Assembly (NCBI GenBank): GCA_049281435.1 | Contig: JBAPSB010000371.1 | Location: 1-58,908 of the forward strand | DNA: 58,908 nucleotides | Origin: Desulfobacterales bacterium | Lineage (GTDB): Bacteria > Desulfobacterota > Desulfobacteria > Desulfobacterales > SG8-13 | Direction of reading: 5' to 3' | Shown here: piece after piece, positions 9,446 through 22,203 of the stretch | How positions within the stretch are numbered: position 1 is the first letter of the stretch | Layout: every line of letters begins with the position of its first letter | Position numbers and translations under genes: made by a program | Notes under the pieces: model-generated | Database searches by the model: none | What the model was told of the DNA's origin: nothing | What the model saw: only the letters and a program-made list of their open reading frames with translations

Positions 9446-9588
9446 CGCAGTCACTTGCTTCGTTCAAGGCAGTCGAGATTCTTAAAAAATAACACCACAC
9501 CAGGGTCACCCGTCCGAATGAAGACGCAGGCGGTCAGGTCGGGGGGATGTCGGCACAAGGGATATGATGATGTTTCGCATACGGCTGT

Positions 9589-10089
9589 TTATTCCAGCAT
9601 TTGTTCACCCGTCCCGCTTTCCGGCGGTGCGACTTCGGGATGGCGCATGATGATCCGGGCGCAGGTGTTCCAGCGCAGCAGCGCATCCTGATTGCCGGGC
9701 GAACAGGAATTGAGGGCGGTCTCGTACTGGGTCATCGCCTTGTGGAACCATTCGTAGGCCAGCCGCCCGGAACCCGGGCCGCCGCGCTCGAGATGAATCT
9801 TGGCCCGCCGTTCGGAAATGATGCCGCCGTAGTAGGCCTTGCAGTATTGATCGCTCAGGTTTTCCAGAACCTCATGGGCCTGGTTGAAGGCGGTGCTCAG
9901 ATTCTGCTTGAATGTGTCGGTCAGCGCCAGCAGCAGGATGATCAGCGCCTGCTGGTTGCCGGGTTCCGCCGCGAGCACGTCGCGGCAGATGCTTTCGGCT
10001 TCCAGGGGTTCGTTCAGGAGGCGGTAGCGTTCGGCTTTTTCCAACGCCCCCGGTATCGCCGCCTTCGACAGCGTTTTTAACGTATACAT
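9589..10089 (-). CDS. Helical (TPR-like) hypothetical protein
   Basis: 166-aa ORF with good coding look. SD-like AAAGAGGAA is on the minus strand before the ATG. No family recognised. Confidence 0.55.
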   Translation of the reverse strand: MYTLKTLSKAAIPGALEKAERYRLLNEPLEAESICRDVLAAEPGNQQALIILLLALTDTFKQNLSTAFNQAHEVLENLSDQYCKAYYGGIISERRAKIHLERGGPGSGRLAYEWFHKAMTQYETALNSCSPGNQDALLRWNTCARIIMRHPEVAPPESGTGEQMLE

Positions 10090-10340
10090 GGGTCGTTCCT
10101 CTTTTTCAGTCGATATGATTTTCTGCCGCCGGCTGTATCTTAACCATCACGACAACGGCGATGCAGTAAGATATGAGCTTTTATGCACTGTTTGCTTGCG
10201 TCGAGGGCACAAAAAGTTTTGTCTGCGCAGGTGTTGAAAGATACGGCTCAAGGTGATGACGATACCCCAGGATGTCAAAAATTACTCGATCGGCCCAAGG
10301 GTCGCCGTGAACCAGTTCCGGTTGTTGCCCCATCGGCCGT

Positions 10341-11051
10341 TCAGGCGTTTTTCTCCGTCTGTTTTATGGCGCGTTTGATCTGGCCGATGCATTTTGTCAC
10401 GGGGATTCCCTTGGGGCAGACATCGGTGCACCACCACATGGTCTTGCAGCCCCAGGCGCCGTCATCGGTGTCAAGCTCGGCCAGGCGGCTGCCGGTGGCG
10501 GTGTCGCGGGAATCCTTGATGTAGCGGAAGGCGCGCAACAGCGCCGCCGGCCCCACGTAATTCGGATTGGCCCTTGAAATCGGACAGGACGAGGTGCAGG
10601 AGGCGCAAAGGATGCAGCGCAGGGCCGGTTCGATCACTTTTTGTTCTTCAGCGCTCTGCAGCCGTTCCTTTTCCGGTGCATCCGCATCGTTGATCAGGTA
10701 GGGCCGCACGTAGCGATGTTTCTCGAAAAACGGATTCATGTCCACGACCAGGTCCTTGATGACGTTGAACAGCGGCAGCGGTTCGATGACGAAGTTGTTG
10801 GCCGTTTTATAATCCCGTACCAGCTTCTGGCAGGCCAGGCCGACGTGGCCGTTGATGACCATGGCGTCCGAGCCGCAGATGCCGTGCGAACACGATGCGC
10901 GGTAGACCAGGGTGGGATCGAGGTCCCAGCGAATCCGGTTGAGGCAGTCGAGGATCTTGTCGGTCGAGTCGACCTCGATGGCGTACTCCTGGTAGCGGGG
11001 CTGTTTGTCGACCGCGGGATCGAAGCGAAAGATGACAAAGGTGGCTTTCAT
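10341..11051 (-). CDS. sdhB: Succinate dehydrogenase/fumarate reductase iron-sulfur subunit
   Basis: 2Fe-2S motif CSHGICGSDAM...C and cluster motifs CILCASCTSSCP and CTDVCPKGIP. Start at MKATFVIF (11051), 1 nt after the sdhA stop. Confidence 0.9.
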   Translation of the reverse strand: MKATFVIFRFDPAVDKQPRYQEYAIEVDSTDKILDCLNRIRWDLDPTLVYRASCSHGICGSDAMVINGHVGLACQKLVRDYKTANNFVIEPLPLFNVIKDLVVDMNPFFEKHRYVRPYLINDADAPEKERLQSAEEQKVIEPALRCILCASCTSSCPISRANPNYVGPAALLRAFRYIKDSRDTATGSRLAELDTDDGAWGCKTMWWCTDVCPKGIPVTKCIGQIKRAIKQTEKNA

Positions 11052-11052
11052 C

Positions 11053-12780
<1,728 letters not shown>

Positions 12781-12996
12781 AGTCGACTCCCTGTTGAAAA
12801 TCCGGTTAAAGGTTGGGCGTGACCGTGCTTTGGAGAGAAAGTCTTTCGCTGCGACACTCCGGACTGCCCGACGGTGGCGGACCTGGAATCAAATTAGAAA
12901 AAGCGTTTCTCTTTGTAAAGGCTTTTTTATACACCCCGGGAAGGGCTGGCGGCAGGTATGGCCCGGAATCTGCGGGGGGCCCTTCGCGGACGGAAA

Positions 12997-14595
12997 CTAA
13001 AAACCGACGGCCTGACCGTCCTTACGGTGGTCCGAGGCACCGCAGTACCCCTGCGGCAGGCAGGCGACAAGCTGGGCGCCGCCGAACAGGCGGGTCGGCG
13101 GATCGGGGATCAGGCGGTGGCCGCGGGCGGCCAGCTCCGAAGCGACGCCATCCGGCAGACCGGCTTCGAGGGCCAGGCTGAAGTCTTGTGCCAGATACCA
13201 GCGCGGCGCATCGCAAGCCGCCTGCGGGTTGAGGCCGTAATCGACCATCCGGACGATCATCTGCAGGTGACCCTGCGGCTGCATCAGGGCGCCCATTACG
13301 CCGAAACTGAGCAGCGGGCGGCCGTCGCGAGTCACGAAAGCGGGAGTGATGGTGTGAAAAGGGCGTTTGCCGCCGCCGACGCAATTGGGGTGTCCCGGCG
13401 CCAGGGTGAAGCCCCGCCCGCGGTTTTGCAGGCTGATGCCCATGTCGGCAACGACGATGCCCGATCCGAACCCCATGTAGTTGGACTGAATATAAGACAC
13501 CATCATGCCGTTCTGGTCGGCCGTGCTCAGGTAAACCGTGCCGTTTTCGGGCCGGATCACGGGCTGCGGCGCCAAGGCCCGGTCCATTCGAATTCCGGCG
13601 GCGCATTGGTCCAGAAAGGAATCGGTCAACAGGTCTTGCGGATCCACCACCATGGCGGCCGGATCGGCGACGTGGCGCCAGGTTTCGGTAAAGGCCAGCT
13701 TCATGGCTTCGACCTGCAGGTGGATGCTGTCGGAGCTATCCGTGCCAAAGCGGCGAATGTCGCGTCGGCGCAGGATCCCGAGTGCGATGAGGGCGGCCAG
13801 GCCCTGACCGTTGGGCGGTATTTCGCACAGTTCGATGCCGCGATAGGTCTGGCGGAGCGGGGCGACCCATTCTGAGGTGTGCCGCTCCAGGTCTTCGAGC
13901 GTCACGGCACCCCCGTCGGCGGCCGCCTGGGCGGCGATGCGCCGGGCGATCTCGCCCCGGTAGAACGTTTCGCCACCGGAAGCGGCGATTTTCCGCAGGG
14001 TGTCGGCCTGCTGCGGGCAGGCGAAGGCTTCGCCGGCGCCGGGCGCGCGGCCGCCGGGCAGAAATGCCCGCGCGAATTCCGCATACCCCCGGTAACGCGC
14101 GGGCGCCTCGGCCCAGATGGACGCCACCGCGGGTGTTACCAGAAACCCGTGTTCGGCGTAGCCGATGGCCGGTTCAAAAAGTTGTTCGAAGGGCAGTTTT
14201 CCGAATCGCCGCGACAGACAGGCCCAGGCATCCACCGCGCCGGGAATGGTGACCACCTCCCATCCCAATTCGGGCATGTCGGTCCAGGCGGCGAAACGCT
14301 GCGGCGACCAGGCCGCCGGCGAGCGGCCGGAACCATTGAGGCCATGGAGTTCGCGGCCGTCCCAGATCAGGGCGAAGGCATCGCTGCCGATCCCGTTGCC
14401 GGTCGGCTCGACGACGGTCAGGGTGATGGCGGCGGCCAGGGCGGCGTCGACGGCGTTTCCACCGCGGCGCAGCATGTTCAGGCCGGCCTGGGCCGCCAGC
14501 GGCTGAGACGTCGCCACGATGTTGCGGGCCAACACCGGCACCCGCCTGGAATGGTAAGGAAAATTCGAAAGACTGTCTGTCCGGAAAAATGTCAT
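12997..14595 (-). CDS. ggt: Gamma-glutamyltransferase
   Basis: 532 aa. Autoprocessing-site region NGTVYLSTADQNGMMVSYIQSN, plus GFGSG and FGVMGA family blocks. Confidence 0.9.
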   Translation of the reverse strand: MTFFRTDSLSNFPYHSRRVPVLARNIVATSQPLAAQAGLNMLRRGGNAVDAALAAAITLTVVEPTGNGIGSDAFALIWDGRELHGLNGSGRSPAAWSPQRFAAWTDMPELGWEVVTIPGAVDAWACLSRRFGKLPFEQLFEPAIGYAEHGFLVTPAVASIWAEAPARYRGYAEFARAFLPGGRAPGAGEAFACPQQADTLRKIAASGGETFYRGEIARRIAAQAAADGGAVTLEDLERHTSEWVAPLRQTYRGIELCEIPPNGQGLAALIALGILRRRDIRRFGTDSSDSIHLQVEAMKLAFTETWRHVADPAAMVVDPQDLLTDSFLDQCAAGIRMDRALAPQPVIRPENGTVYLSTADQNGMMVSYIQSNYMGFGSGIVVADMGISLQNRGRGFTLAPGHPNCVGGGKRPFHTITPAFVTRDGRPLLSFGVMGALMQPQGHLQMIVRMVDYGLNPQAACDAPRWYLAQDFSLALEAGLPDGVASELAARGHRLIPDPPTRLFGGAQLVACLPQGYCGASDHRKDGQAVGF

Positions 14596-14619
14596 GATTT
14601 AAACCGGCCGTGTTCGGCC

Positions 14620-15102
14620 CTAATCCAGTCCGCGGCGGCTGTTCGTGGGGTCGCCTTCCGTCACCATCGCCCGCATGACCTCTCTTTCGGCTGGACCCGG
14701 CAGAATTCCTTTCAGATCCGCCTCCAGAACCACCTCGTCTTGCTGATTGGTGTACACGGCTTTGCCGGCAGCACGGCCGCGGGCGTCGATCTGCCCGATG
14801 GTGACGGTGCAGGTGATGGTGTCGTCGATGAAAACGGGTTTCTTGAACTTGAAATTCATGCCGGAAGCCAGCCAGCCGATCTGGCCCCCGATCTGGGTTA
14901 TCATGCCGGCCACGAGCAGGCCATGGCAAATCACCGCGGGCATGTTTTTGGTACGGGCGAATCTTTGGTCGAAGTGAACCGGGTTGAAGTCGCGCGTGAG
15001 ATCGGCAAACTGCGCGACGTCATGTGCGGTGAACGTGCGGGTGACGCTGAACGCATCGCCGACCGCTAAGCCCCGGATGGCCCGCCGGCGCATGGTGGAC
15101 AT
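14620..15102 (-). CDS. MaoC-like (R)-specific enoyl-CoA hydratase/dehydratase domain protein
   Basis: Hot-dog-fold signature DFNPVHFD ... ICHGLL. Confidence 0.85.
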   Translation of the reverse strand: MSTMRRRAIRGLAVGDAFSVTRTFTAHDVAQFADLTRDFNPVHFDQRFARTKNMPAVICHGLLVAGMITQIGGQIGWLASGMNFKFKKPVFIDDTITCTVTIGQIDARGRAAGKAVYTNQQDEVVLEADLKGILPGPAEREVMRAMVTEGDPTNSRRGLD

Positions 15103-15169
15103 GGTGGAAACCTCAAAAAACAGTGGTGGCGCAGGGTGCCAGAGGGCCGGCCGCCGGGTTCTTTTTAAG

Positions 15170-15472
15170 TCAGTCGCGGCCCAGCCTCTTTTCGACCGCC
15201 GCGATTTTTTGCTGCAGCCCGGCGGTGCGTGCCTTGCGGTAGTCCGCCTTCAGCGTCAAGTACACGCGATCGCAATCGGATGCAAGATTTTTAAAGCACT
15301 CGTCGACCACCGCCATGACGGCCGGCCATTCACCTTCGATGCAGGTGGCCATGGGGGTCAGCACGTACGGCAAACCGCTTTCGTGGATGATGGCAAGGGC
15401 CCGGGCCACATAAGGGCTGACACTCGCGCCTTTGTCCGTGGGAAAGATCGACAGCTCGATGATGACACTCAT
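15170..15472 (-). CDS. MTH1187/YkoF-family (DUF77) thiamine-binding-like protein
   Basis: 100 aa. The opening MSVIIELSIFPTDKGASVSPYVA pattern is typical of this family. Confidence 0.8.
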   Translation of the reverse strand: MSVIIELSIFPTDKGASVSPYVARALAIIHESGLPYVLTPMATCIEGEWPAVMAVVDECFKNLASDCDRVYLTLKADYRKARTAGLQQKIAAVEKRLGRD

Positions 15473-15513
15473 GCGCAGGTCTCCCCTTAACCTCGATTCG
15501 ATCCGGAAAATGT

Positions 15514-17613
15514 TTAAGGCTGCCCGACCTTGGGTGCCGCGTCAAGTGCCGAACGGACGGCCTCGGCCAGTTCGCTCATGCCGAGCGGTTTCACGATAAG
15601 GCGGCTGATGCCCAGTGCGGCCGCGCGTTCGATTTCGAACTCGTCGCAATAGCCGGTGCACAGGATGATCGGGATGTCGGGGCGTATGGTTTTGATTCGC
15701 TCCGCCAGTTCAAAGCCCGTCATGCGCGGCATTGTCTTGTCGGAAATGATCAGGTCGAAATCCCGGGGATGCGACCGGAAGGTCTTCAAGGCTTCGAGGC
15801 TGTCGGTCCGGACGGTGACCCGGTAACCGAGGTGTTCCAGCATCTGTTTTCCCATGGCGGTCAACACGTCTTCGTCGTCCGCCAGCAGGATCCGCTCGGT
15901 ACCGGTGGGAGCCGCCTGCCGGTGAATGAGCGCCGGTTCGTCGCCGCCGGTGATGCAGGGCAGGCATACATGAAATGCCGCCCCGCCGCCCGGAGGGCTG
16001 TCGACCGTAATGGACCCTTTCAGGGTCCGGATGATGCCGTGCACCACCGATAGCCCCAGGCCGGTTCCTTCGCCCTTTTCCTTGGTCGTAAAATAGGGGT
16101 CGAAAATGCGCGCCAGGATCTGCGGTTCGATTCCGGTCCCCGTGTCGCCCACCGTCAGGCGCACATATGGCCCCGGCAGCAGGTGCGAACCGGCGGCGAT
16201 TTCGCCGGCCTTGACTTCGGTATCCGCCAGGTTCACGGTCAGAATGCCGCCGCAGTCTTTCATGGCCTGAGCGGCGTTGGTGCAAAGGTTCATCAGGATC
16301 TGTTGAATCATCGTGGGGCTGCACAGAATGCGGGTGTTTTCGGCCGTGATGCAGGTGCGGATGTCGATGGTCGACGGCAGGGAGGCCCGCAGGAATTTGA
16401 GGGCTTCCTTGAGCAGCGGCACGATATGGATCGGCTTGAGTTCCTGCTCCGTCTTGCGACTGAACGTCAGAATCTGCCGGACGAGGTCCTTGGCCCGGTT
16501 GCCGGCATTGATGACCTCGGCCACGTCCTGGCGGCCGGGACTGCCGGCCGGCATTTCGTAGGCGGCCAGCTCGGCATATCCGAGAATGGCCGAAAGGATG
16601 TTGTTGAAGTCATGGGCGATACCGCCGGCCAGCGTTCCGATCGCCTCCATCTTCTGCGACTGGATCAGCTGCCGCTGCAGGTGGTTTTCCTCGGTCACAT
16701 CGCGTGCGACGCCGACGTGGTTGCAGACGACTCCGGTCTTATCCCTGACCGGGACGATAACCGCTTCGGCCGTGCAGGGGGCGCCGCATTTGCGGCGATT
16801 GGTAAAACGGCCCTGCCAGGTTCGGCCGGCCGAGATGGTGCGCCAGAGGTCATGGTAGAAATCCGGATTTTGAAGACCGCTTTTCAGGAGTTGCGGATTG
16901 CGCCCCAGCAGCTCGTCGCCAGAAAAACCACTGATCCTTTCCAGGGCCGGGTTGACGTATTCGATCGTGCCGTCGCCATTGGCGATCAAGACGAATTCGG
17001 TGGCCTGCTCGACAGCGGTTTGAAACAGACGCCTCTTCTTTTCGTTGCGGGCGCCGGCCCATGCCAGCGCAATGATTCCGGTCAGCGTCTTCACCACATC
17101 GACGGACGTGTGCGCCAGGTGAAAATTATTTGCCTTGAAATCGATGCCGAGAAATCCGGTTATCGCCCCACCGCTGATCAACGGGGCCAGCAGGCTCGAA
17201 TACTGAACGGTCCGGTCGGCGGACGAATTCTGCCAGCCGGCCGGCCCCGAAGGCGAGCGGCCCGTAAAATGAACGATTTCACCGCGGCGCAGGCGCCCGA
17301 GGTGCCGGTTCGATAATGCGACCGGCAGCTCTTTTACCAGCGCATGGTGGGAAGGCGAGCCGGCGCGCCACTCGACGCGCTCGACAATGGTGTGTCCCGA
17401 TTCATCCACGGCGCACGCAAAGCAGCGGTCGCTCCGAAAGAATGCTCCGATCCGCGCCAATATGCGCGGCAGGGTGCTGTCGAAATCCCCTATGGGTGCA
17501 TCCGCACAAAGTGCGACGGTGTCGGCCACCAGATCATCCGGTTTTTCGAACGCCGCGGCGGAGCGGATTTCCGGCTTCAGGTGGCTGCTGCAGGGATCAC
17601 TGATCGAGTTCAT
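15514..17613 (-). CDS. Hybrid sensor histidine kinase (GAF/PAS - HisKA - HATPase - receiver)
   Basis: H-box GGIAHDFNNILSAILGY, ATPase blocks DTGTGI and GTGLGLS, and C-terminal receiver ILLADDEDV...DLIISDKTMPRMTG. Confidence 0.9.
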   Translation of the reverse strand: MNSISDPCSSHLKPEIRSAAAFEKPDDLVADTVALCADAPIGDFDSTLPRILARIGAFFRSDRCFACAVDESGHTIVERVEWRAGSPSHHALVKELPVALSNRHLGRLRRGEIVHFTGRSPSGPAGWQNSSADRTVQYSSLLAPLISGGAITGFLGIDFKANNFHLAHTSVDVVKTLTGIIALAWAGARNEKKRRLFQTAVEQATEFVLIANGDGTIEYVNPALERISGFSGDELLGRNPQLLKSGLQNPDFYHDLWRTISAGRTWQGRFTNRRKCGAPCTAEAVIVPVRDKTGVVCNHVGVARDVTEENHLQRQLIQSQKMEAIGTLAGGIAHDFNNILSAILGYAELAAYEMPAGSPGRQDVAEVINAGNRAKDLVRQILTFSRKTEQELKPIHIVPLLKEALKFLRASLPSTIDIRTCITAENTRILCSPTMIQQILMNLCTNAAQAMKDCGGILTVNLADTEVKAGEIAAGSHLLPGPYVRLTVGDTGTGIEPQILARIFDPYFTTKEKGEGTGLGLSVVHGIIRTLKGSITVDSPPGGGAAFHVCLPCITGGDEPALIHRQAAPTGTERILLADDEDVLTAMGKQMLEHLGYRVTVRTDSLEALKTFRSHPRDFDLIISDKTMPRMTGFELAERIKTIRPDIPIILCTGYCDEFEIERAAALGISRLIVKPLGMSELAEAVRSALDAAPKVGQP

Positions 17614-17826
17614 ATTTTTTCATGCGCGTGGGTGATGCGGTTTTTAAGCCGGAGACGGCTAATTCGTGTCGAGCGGAAGTAAACGGCATTGAGAAAACAG
17701 GATTACATTGAAAAAGTTTATGCACGGGACGACGAATGGCCATCAATATATAACTAATCGATAATAATTGCAAGAAGTTGCTGAGTCGATCCTAGTTCGC
17801 TGCATTGGGTGGCTTTAGCGGTACAC

Positions 17827-18021
17827 AGTGTCCATCCATAAATGGTCTTTTTTCCGCAGGGACCCGCCGCAAGCGGGATCTCCGCGGGTTTTCCGGTTGC
17901 GGCTTACATAAAGGTCTCCTCGCCGCAAATCCCGCCGGGCGGGAGGCGGCCTTGTCCAGCGAACAACTCCCCATTTAGGAATCGGACTCAGAAGTACAAA
18001 AAAAAGATCGCGGATGGGTAC
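17827..18021. repeat. Family-1 imperfect-palindrome repeat, copy B
   Basis: Collinear with 5147..5329 (see that feature). Lies in the 755-bp divergent region between two kinase genes. Confidence 0.85.
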
Positions 18022-18368
18022 CGAGTAAAAAAGAAGCGGTGGTTGTTTTGGGTATTCACGCCGCCGGTGGCCGGCCAAACCGGTTCGCGGCGGGTCTGGT
18101 GCGGATAAAATCGACGGGTTACCCTTATAAGAGCTTGATTAAAATAGAAATTTTTATTAAAATAGATGATGGTGTTCTTTCCGTTCGAGACACCGGCATC
18201 AAGCATGAAGAAATTGAACGGCCCGTTAACAGGGAACTGCCCGATATGAGAAGCAAATGCATCCTTTTCGGTGTTCCCGGCGCGTGCGGGCGGTGAAGGG
18301 GCTTGTGCTGCCGGCACTCCAGAGACTCAGGCCGGTTTCCATGATCGAACCCTACAGCTGAGGTAGAC

Positions 18369-19874
18369 ATGCCAACTGGCGCCGACATACTGATCGTCGA
18401 TGACGAACCGATTGTTTGTGAAACCCTGCAGGGCCTGCTCGATTTCCAGGGCCACCGCGTGGCGACCTGCAGCAGCGGGGCCGCGGCCCTGGAGTGCATC
18501 CGCCGCCGGAGTTTCGACCTTGTTTTTCTGGACATCCGGCTGCCGGACATGGATGGGTTCCAGATCCTGGCCGCCATCCGCAAAGAGGCGGCGGGCGTTC
18601 TGGTCATCATGATCACCGGCGACGCCACCATCGAAACGGCCGTGGAGGCACTCAAAAGCGGGGCTTACGGCTACCTTGGCAAACCGGTCCGGGTCGAGGA
18701 GCTGACCAAGACGGTCAAAAACGCCCTCGACCACCGTGAACTCGATCAGGCCCGCCGTCGTTCGGAAGCCGCCCTGCGGGACAGCGAGGAACGTTTCCGG
18801 ACCCTGGTCGAAAACTCGCTGATCGGCATCTGCATCCTCCAGAACAACACCATTATCTATCAGAATCCCGAACACAAGAAATTGTACCGGTCCTTCGCCA
18901 CGGTCTCACCGGAGACATTGATCCATTTCATTCACCCCGATGATGTCGCAAAGGTGACCCGCTGCTACCATGCGCTCATGAGCGGCAAGCAGAAATCGGT
19001 GGAAACCGATTTTCGGATCTACCCCTCGGGCAGTGAAAAGCAGGATGCGGATATCCGCTGGCTGCAGTGCCGGGCCAGCCTGTTTCCATACCGGGGCGCC
19101 GATGCCGTCCTGATCAACCTGATGGACATCACCCGCTCCCAGGAACTCGAACATTTCCTGCGGGTGAAAAGCAAAATGATTTCACTGGGACGCGTCGCGG
19201 CCGGTATCGCGCATGAAATCAGAAATCCGTTGACCGGCATCAATTCTTACCTTTTTTCGCTGGCGGACCTGCTGAAAGCCGAAGAACTCGATGCCGAAAC
19301 GGTCGGGATGATGAAAAAGATCGTCGACCAGGTTCAGGGGGCTTCCAACAAGATCGAATCGGTCATCAAGCGCGTGCTCGATTTTTCACGGCCCGGTGTT
19401 CCTTCCATGGCCTTGATCAGTATGAACCGGCCCCTGCAGGAGGCGATCAATCTCTCGGCGGTCAGTCTGCGCAAGAAGGGGATCGAGATCGTCATCGATC
19501 TGGATTCAAATTTGCCGCCGAGTTACGGTGATGCCAGCCTGATCGAACAGGTGGTGTTGAACCTGATCGACAATGCCGTGAAGTCCATGGAGAAAAAAGC
19601 CGCCGAAAAGCGGCTGACCCTGCGCTCGTACGCCGCCGACAACAACATCTGTCTGAGTGTCTCGGACACCGGGGGCGGGATTCCACTCGGTATCCGCGAA
19701 AAGATTTTCGACCCCTTTTTCACGACCGAAACAGACGGGTCGGGCATCGGACTGGCCATTTCGCTGCGGATCATCAACGATCACCGCGGTGCCATTACGG
19801 TCGAGGGCAACGAGTCGGGCGGGGCCCAATTTACCATCGAACTGCCGATAGAGAAAAGGATGCAGGTCCAATGA
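18369..19874 (+). CDS. Receiver-PAS-histidine kinase hybrid sensor
   Basis: N-terminal receiver ILIVDDEP...[14 protein letters not shown]-box [15 protein letters not shown], and ATPase blocks DTGGGIP and GSGIGLA. Confidence 0.9.
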   Translation: MPTGADILIVDDEPIVCETLQGLLDFQGHRVATCSSGAAALECIRRRSFDLVFLDIRLPDMDGFQILAAIRKEAAGVLVIMITGDATIETAVEALKSGAYGYLGKPVRVEELTKTVKNALDHRELDQARRRSEAALRDSEERFRTLVENSLIGICILQNNTIIYQNPEHKKLYRSFATVSPETLIHFIHPDDVAKVTRCYHALMSGKQKSVETDFRIYPSGSEKQDADIRWLQCRASLFPYRGADAVLINLMDITRSQELEHFLRVKSKMISLGRVAAGIAHEIRNPLTGINSYLFSLADLLKAEELDAETVGMMKKIVDQVQGASNKIESVIKRVLDFSRPGVPSMALISMNRPLQEAINLSAVSLRKKGIEIVIDLDSNLPPSYGDASLIEQVVLNLIDNAVKSMEKKAAEKRLTLRSYAADNNICLSVSDTGGGIPLGIREKIFDPFFTTETDGSGIGLAISLRIINDHRGAITVEGNESGGAQFTIELPIEKRMQVQ

Positions 19875-21244
19875 CGCCGTACACGGTTTACGTGGTGGAT
19901 GATGAAGAGGTGGCCCGGGAGGGCGTGGTGCTGGCCTTGAAAAAGCTTTACCGGATCAGGGGCTTTGCCAATGCCGAGGACACCATCGAAGCGGTTCTCG
20001 TCAGCCCGCCGGATCTGGTTCTTCTGGATATCGGTCTGCCCGGCATGAGCGGTATCGAGGCGCTCAAAAAAATAAAAGGCCTCTATCCGGAGGTCATCGT
20101 GATCATGATCACCGCTTACGAGGATGTTCAGACGGTGGTCTCCGCCATGAAGCAGGGGGCCTATGACTACGTGGTCAAACCGCTGCAGATGAACACCCTG
20201 ATGGTCACCGTGCGCAACGCCCTGGAAACGATCAAGCTGCGCAAGGAGATCCAGCTGCTCCACGAAAAATATCTCAAGGAGAACCTGCCGGGATTCATCG
20301 GCGAGAGCGACGCCATCCAGGACGTCATGGAAGTGGTGACCAAGGTGGCCAAGAGCCCCGACACCTCGATCGTCATCCTGGGCGAAACCGGCACGGGCAA
20401 GGAACTGATCGCCAAGGCCATCCACTACCGCAGCCCCAATTTCGAGGGGCCGATGATCAGCGTCAACTGCGCGGCCATCCCCAAGGACCTGATCGAGAGC
20501 GAACTCTTCGGGTATGAAAAGGGCGCTTTCAGCGGGGCCGACAAATCGGGCAAGGAGGGCCTGGTCGAAAAAGCGGCCGAGGGCACCCTTTTCCTTGACG
20601 AAGTGGCCGACCTGAGTACGGAGGCCCAGGCCAAGCTGCTGCGATTTCTGGAGGAGGGTGAATACTACCGGGTGGGCGGCACCAAGAAACGCATGGCCCA
20701 GACCCGCATTGTCGCCGCTACCAACAAGAACCTGGAGGAGATGGTCGCCGCCGGAGGTTTTCGGCAGGACCTGTACCATCGTCTGGCGGTCATCAAGATC
20801 GAGATTCCCTCCCTGAACCAGCGGCGCGAGGACATCGTGCCCATTGCCAAGCACTACCTGGTCGAATTCGCGGCGAAGTTCGGCAAGCTTTATACCGGCA
20901 TCAGCGAGGAGGCTGAAAAGGCCTTGAAGAACTTCAAATGGACCGGCAACGTCCGCGAGCTGAAAAACCTGATCGAACGGGCCGTCCTGCTCGGTGACGG
21001 TCCCCTGCTGGACCTGCGCGACCTCGGCGTGACGCCGGGGTGCCAGGGAGCGGGCGCCGCGGCTGCCGGACTGCCGGTCCTATCCCCCGCGGGCATCGAC
21101 CTGCCCGAGGTCATGGCGCAGATTGAAAAAAAATACTACCAGGATGCACTTTGGATGGCCGGCGACAACGAAAGCCGTGCGGCGCGCGCCCTGAATGTCA
21201 GCCGTGACACCTTTCGGTATCGACGCAAGAAACTGTTCGAGTAA
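19871..21244 (+). CDS. Sigma-54-dependent response regulator (NtrC family)
   Basis: Receiver domain, AAA+ Walker A GETGTGKE, GAFSGA (GAFTGA-type sigma-54 contact loop) and a C-terminal HTH. ATGA overlap with the upstream kinase. Confidence 0.95.
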   Translation: MTPYTVYVVDDEEVAREGVVLALKKLYRIRGFANAEDTIEAVLVSPPDLVLLDIGLPGMSGIEALKKIKGLYPEVIVIMITAYEDVQTVVSAMKQGAYDYVVKPLQMNTLMVTVRNALETIKLRKEIQLLHEKYLKENLPGFIGESDAIQDVMEVVTKVAKSPDTSIVILGETGTGKELIAKAIHYRSPNFEGPMISVNCAAIPKDLIESELFGYEKGAFSGADKSGKEGLVEKAAEGTLFLDEVADLSTEAQAKLLRFLEEGEYYRVGGTKKRMAQTRIVAATNKNLEEMVAAGGFRQDLYHRLAVIKIEIPSLNQRREDIVPIAKHYLVEFAAKFGKLYTGISEEAEKALKNFKWTGNVRELKNLIERAVLLGDGPLLDLRDLGVTPGCQGAGAAAAGLPVLSPAGIDLPEVMAQIEKKYYQDALWMAGDNESRAARALNVSRDTFRYRRKKLFE

Positions 21245-21383
21245 ATGGAAACGGGCCTGGGTCATTATTCCCACCATGGCTGCGTTTTTTTCCCCAATCC
21301 GGGCCGGCGCCCTCGCAGCCGGATCTCCCCTCCTGACAATGTAACTATTTGAATTGGCGTGAAAAATATAAGTAGAGGCCTTC

Positions 21384-21399
21384 TGGCACACTATTTGTT
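21384..21399 (+). promoter_or_regulatory. Candidate sigma-54 (-24/-12) promoter
   Basis: TGGCAC-ACTAT-TTGT versus the consensus TGGCAC-N5-TTGC, with one mismatch in the -12 GC. It lies 57 nt before the receiver gene and just after the NtrC-type activator gene. Confidence 0.4.
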
Positions 21400-21455
21400 T
21401 TAAGCAGGCATCGATACCACGCCAACATTCATCCATCAGAGGGGAAACAAAAAAA

Positions 21456-21932
21456 ATGGTTACCAATCCCAAGCTGAAAAACATCAAAACTCTTCTGGTC
21501 GACGACAACGAATTTATCCGGAATTCCATGGAAATCGCCTTTCGCCAGAAAGGCTACCCCCTGCGAACGGCCGCCACCGCCGAGGACGGTCTGCGAAAAC
21601 TGGCCACCGATCACTTCGAGATCATCATCAGCGACTTCAAACTGCCTGGAATCAACGGCCTTACCTTTCTCAAACATGCCGGCGGCAACCGGACGGACCT
21701 CATCAAGATTCTCATATCCGCCTGCGGTGATCATGCGACCATCGCCACGGCCTATGCCATGGGCGTGCACGATTACCTGCAGAAACCTTTTACCCTCGAC
21801 ACGCTCTGGGCGACTCTGGCCCTGCATGTCGAGAGATTGGGGAACCGCCACCGGGTCATCGACTTGCGAAGCCGGCGGGCGGCTGCATTGACGCAGGAGC
21901 AGGTGCACGGCTGCACCAATTTGAAACGCTAA
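21456..21932 (+). CDS. Stand-alone response-regulator receiver protein
   Basis: LLVDDNEFIRNSM...IIISDFKLPGING...KPF receiver pattern. No output domain. Confidence 0.85.
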   Translation: MVTNPKLKNIKTLLVDDNEFIRNSMEIAFRQKGYPLRTAATAEDGLRKLATDHFEIIISDFKLPGINGLTFLKHAGGNRTDLIKILISACGDHATIATAYAMGVHDYLQKPFTLDTLWATLALHVERLGNRHRVIDLRSRRAAALTQEQVHGCTNLKR

Positions 21933-22203
21933 CGAGTTCCACATTCCTGCCCGGCGCCTTTCGACCCGGGCCGGCATCCTCGCGGTTTGCAGTCCGGCCC
22001 ATCCGTCCTCGGTAAAATTTCCTGCGGCGCCGGGCCGCAACAATATCCATCGTTTACCGAATGGCGCCGGCCCGGCCCGTCTTGAGATCCCATGTTTCCC
22101 GCTGAAGCCCCCGGCCGCGTATCCGCCAATCCCGCCTTGTGATTTTTACCATTCTGTGTCACAGAGATACCTCCTTTCGCCACTTCGCAGCCTTGGAGGT
22201 TCA

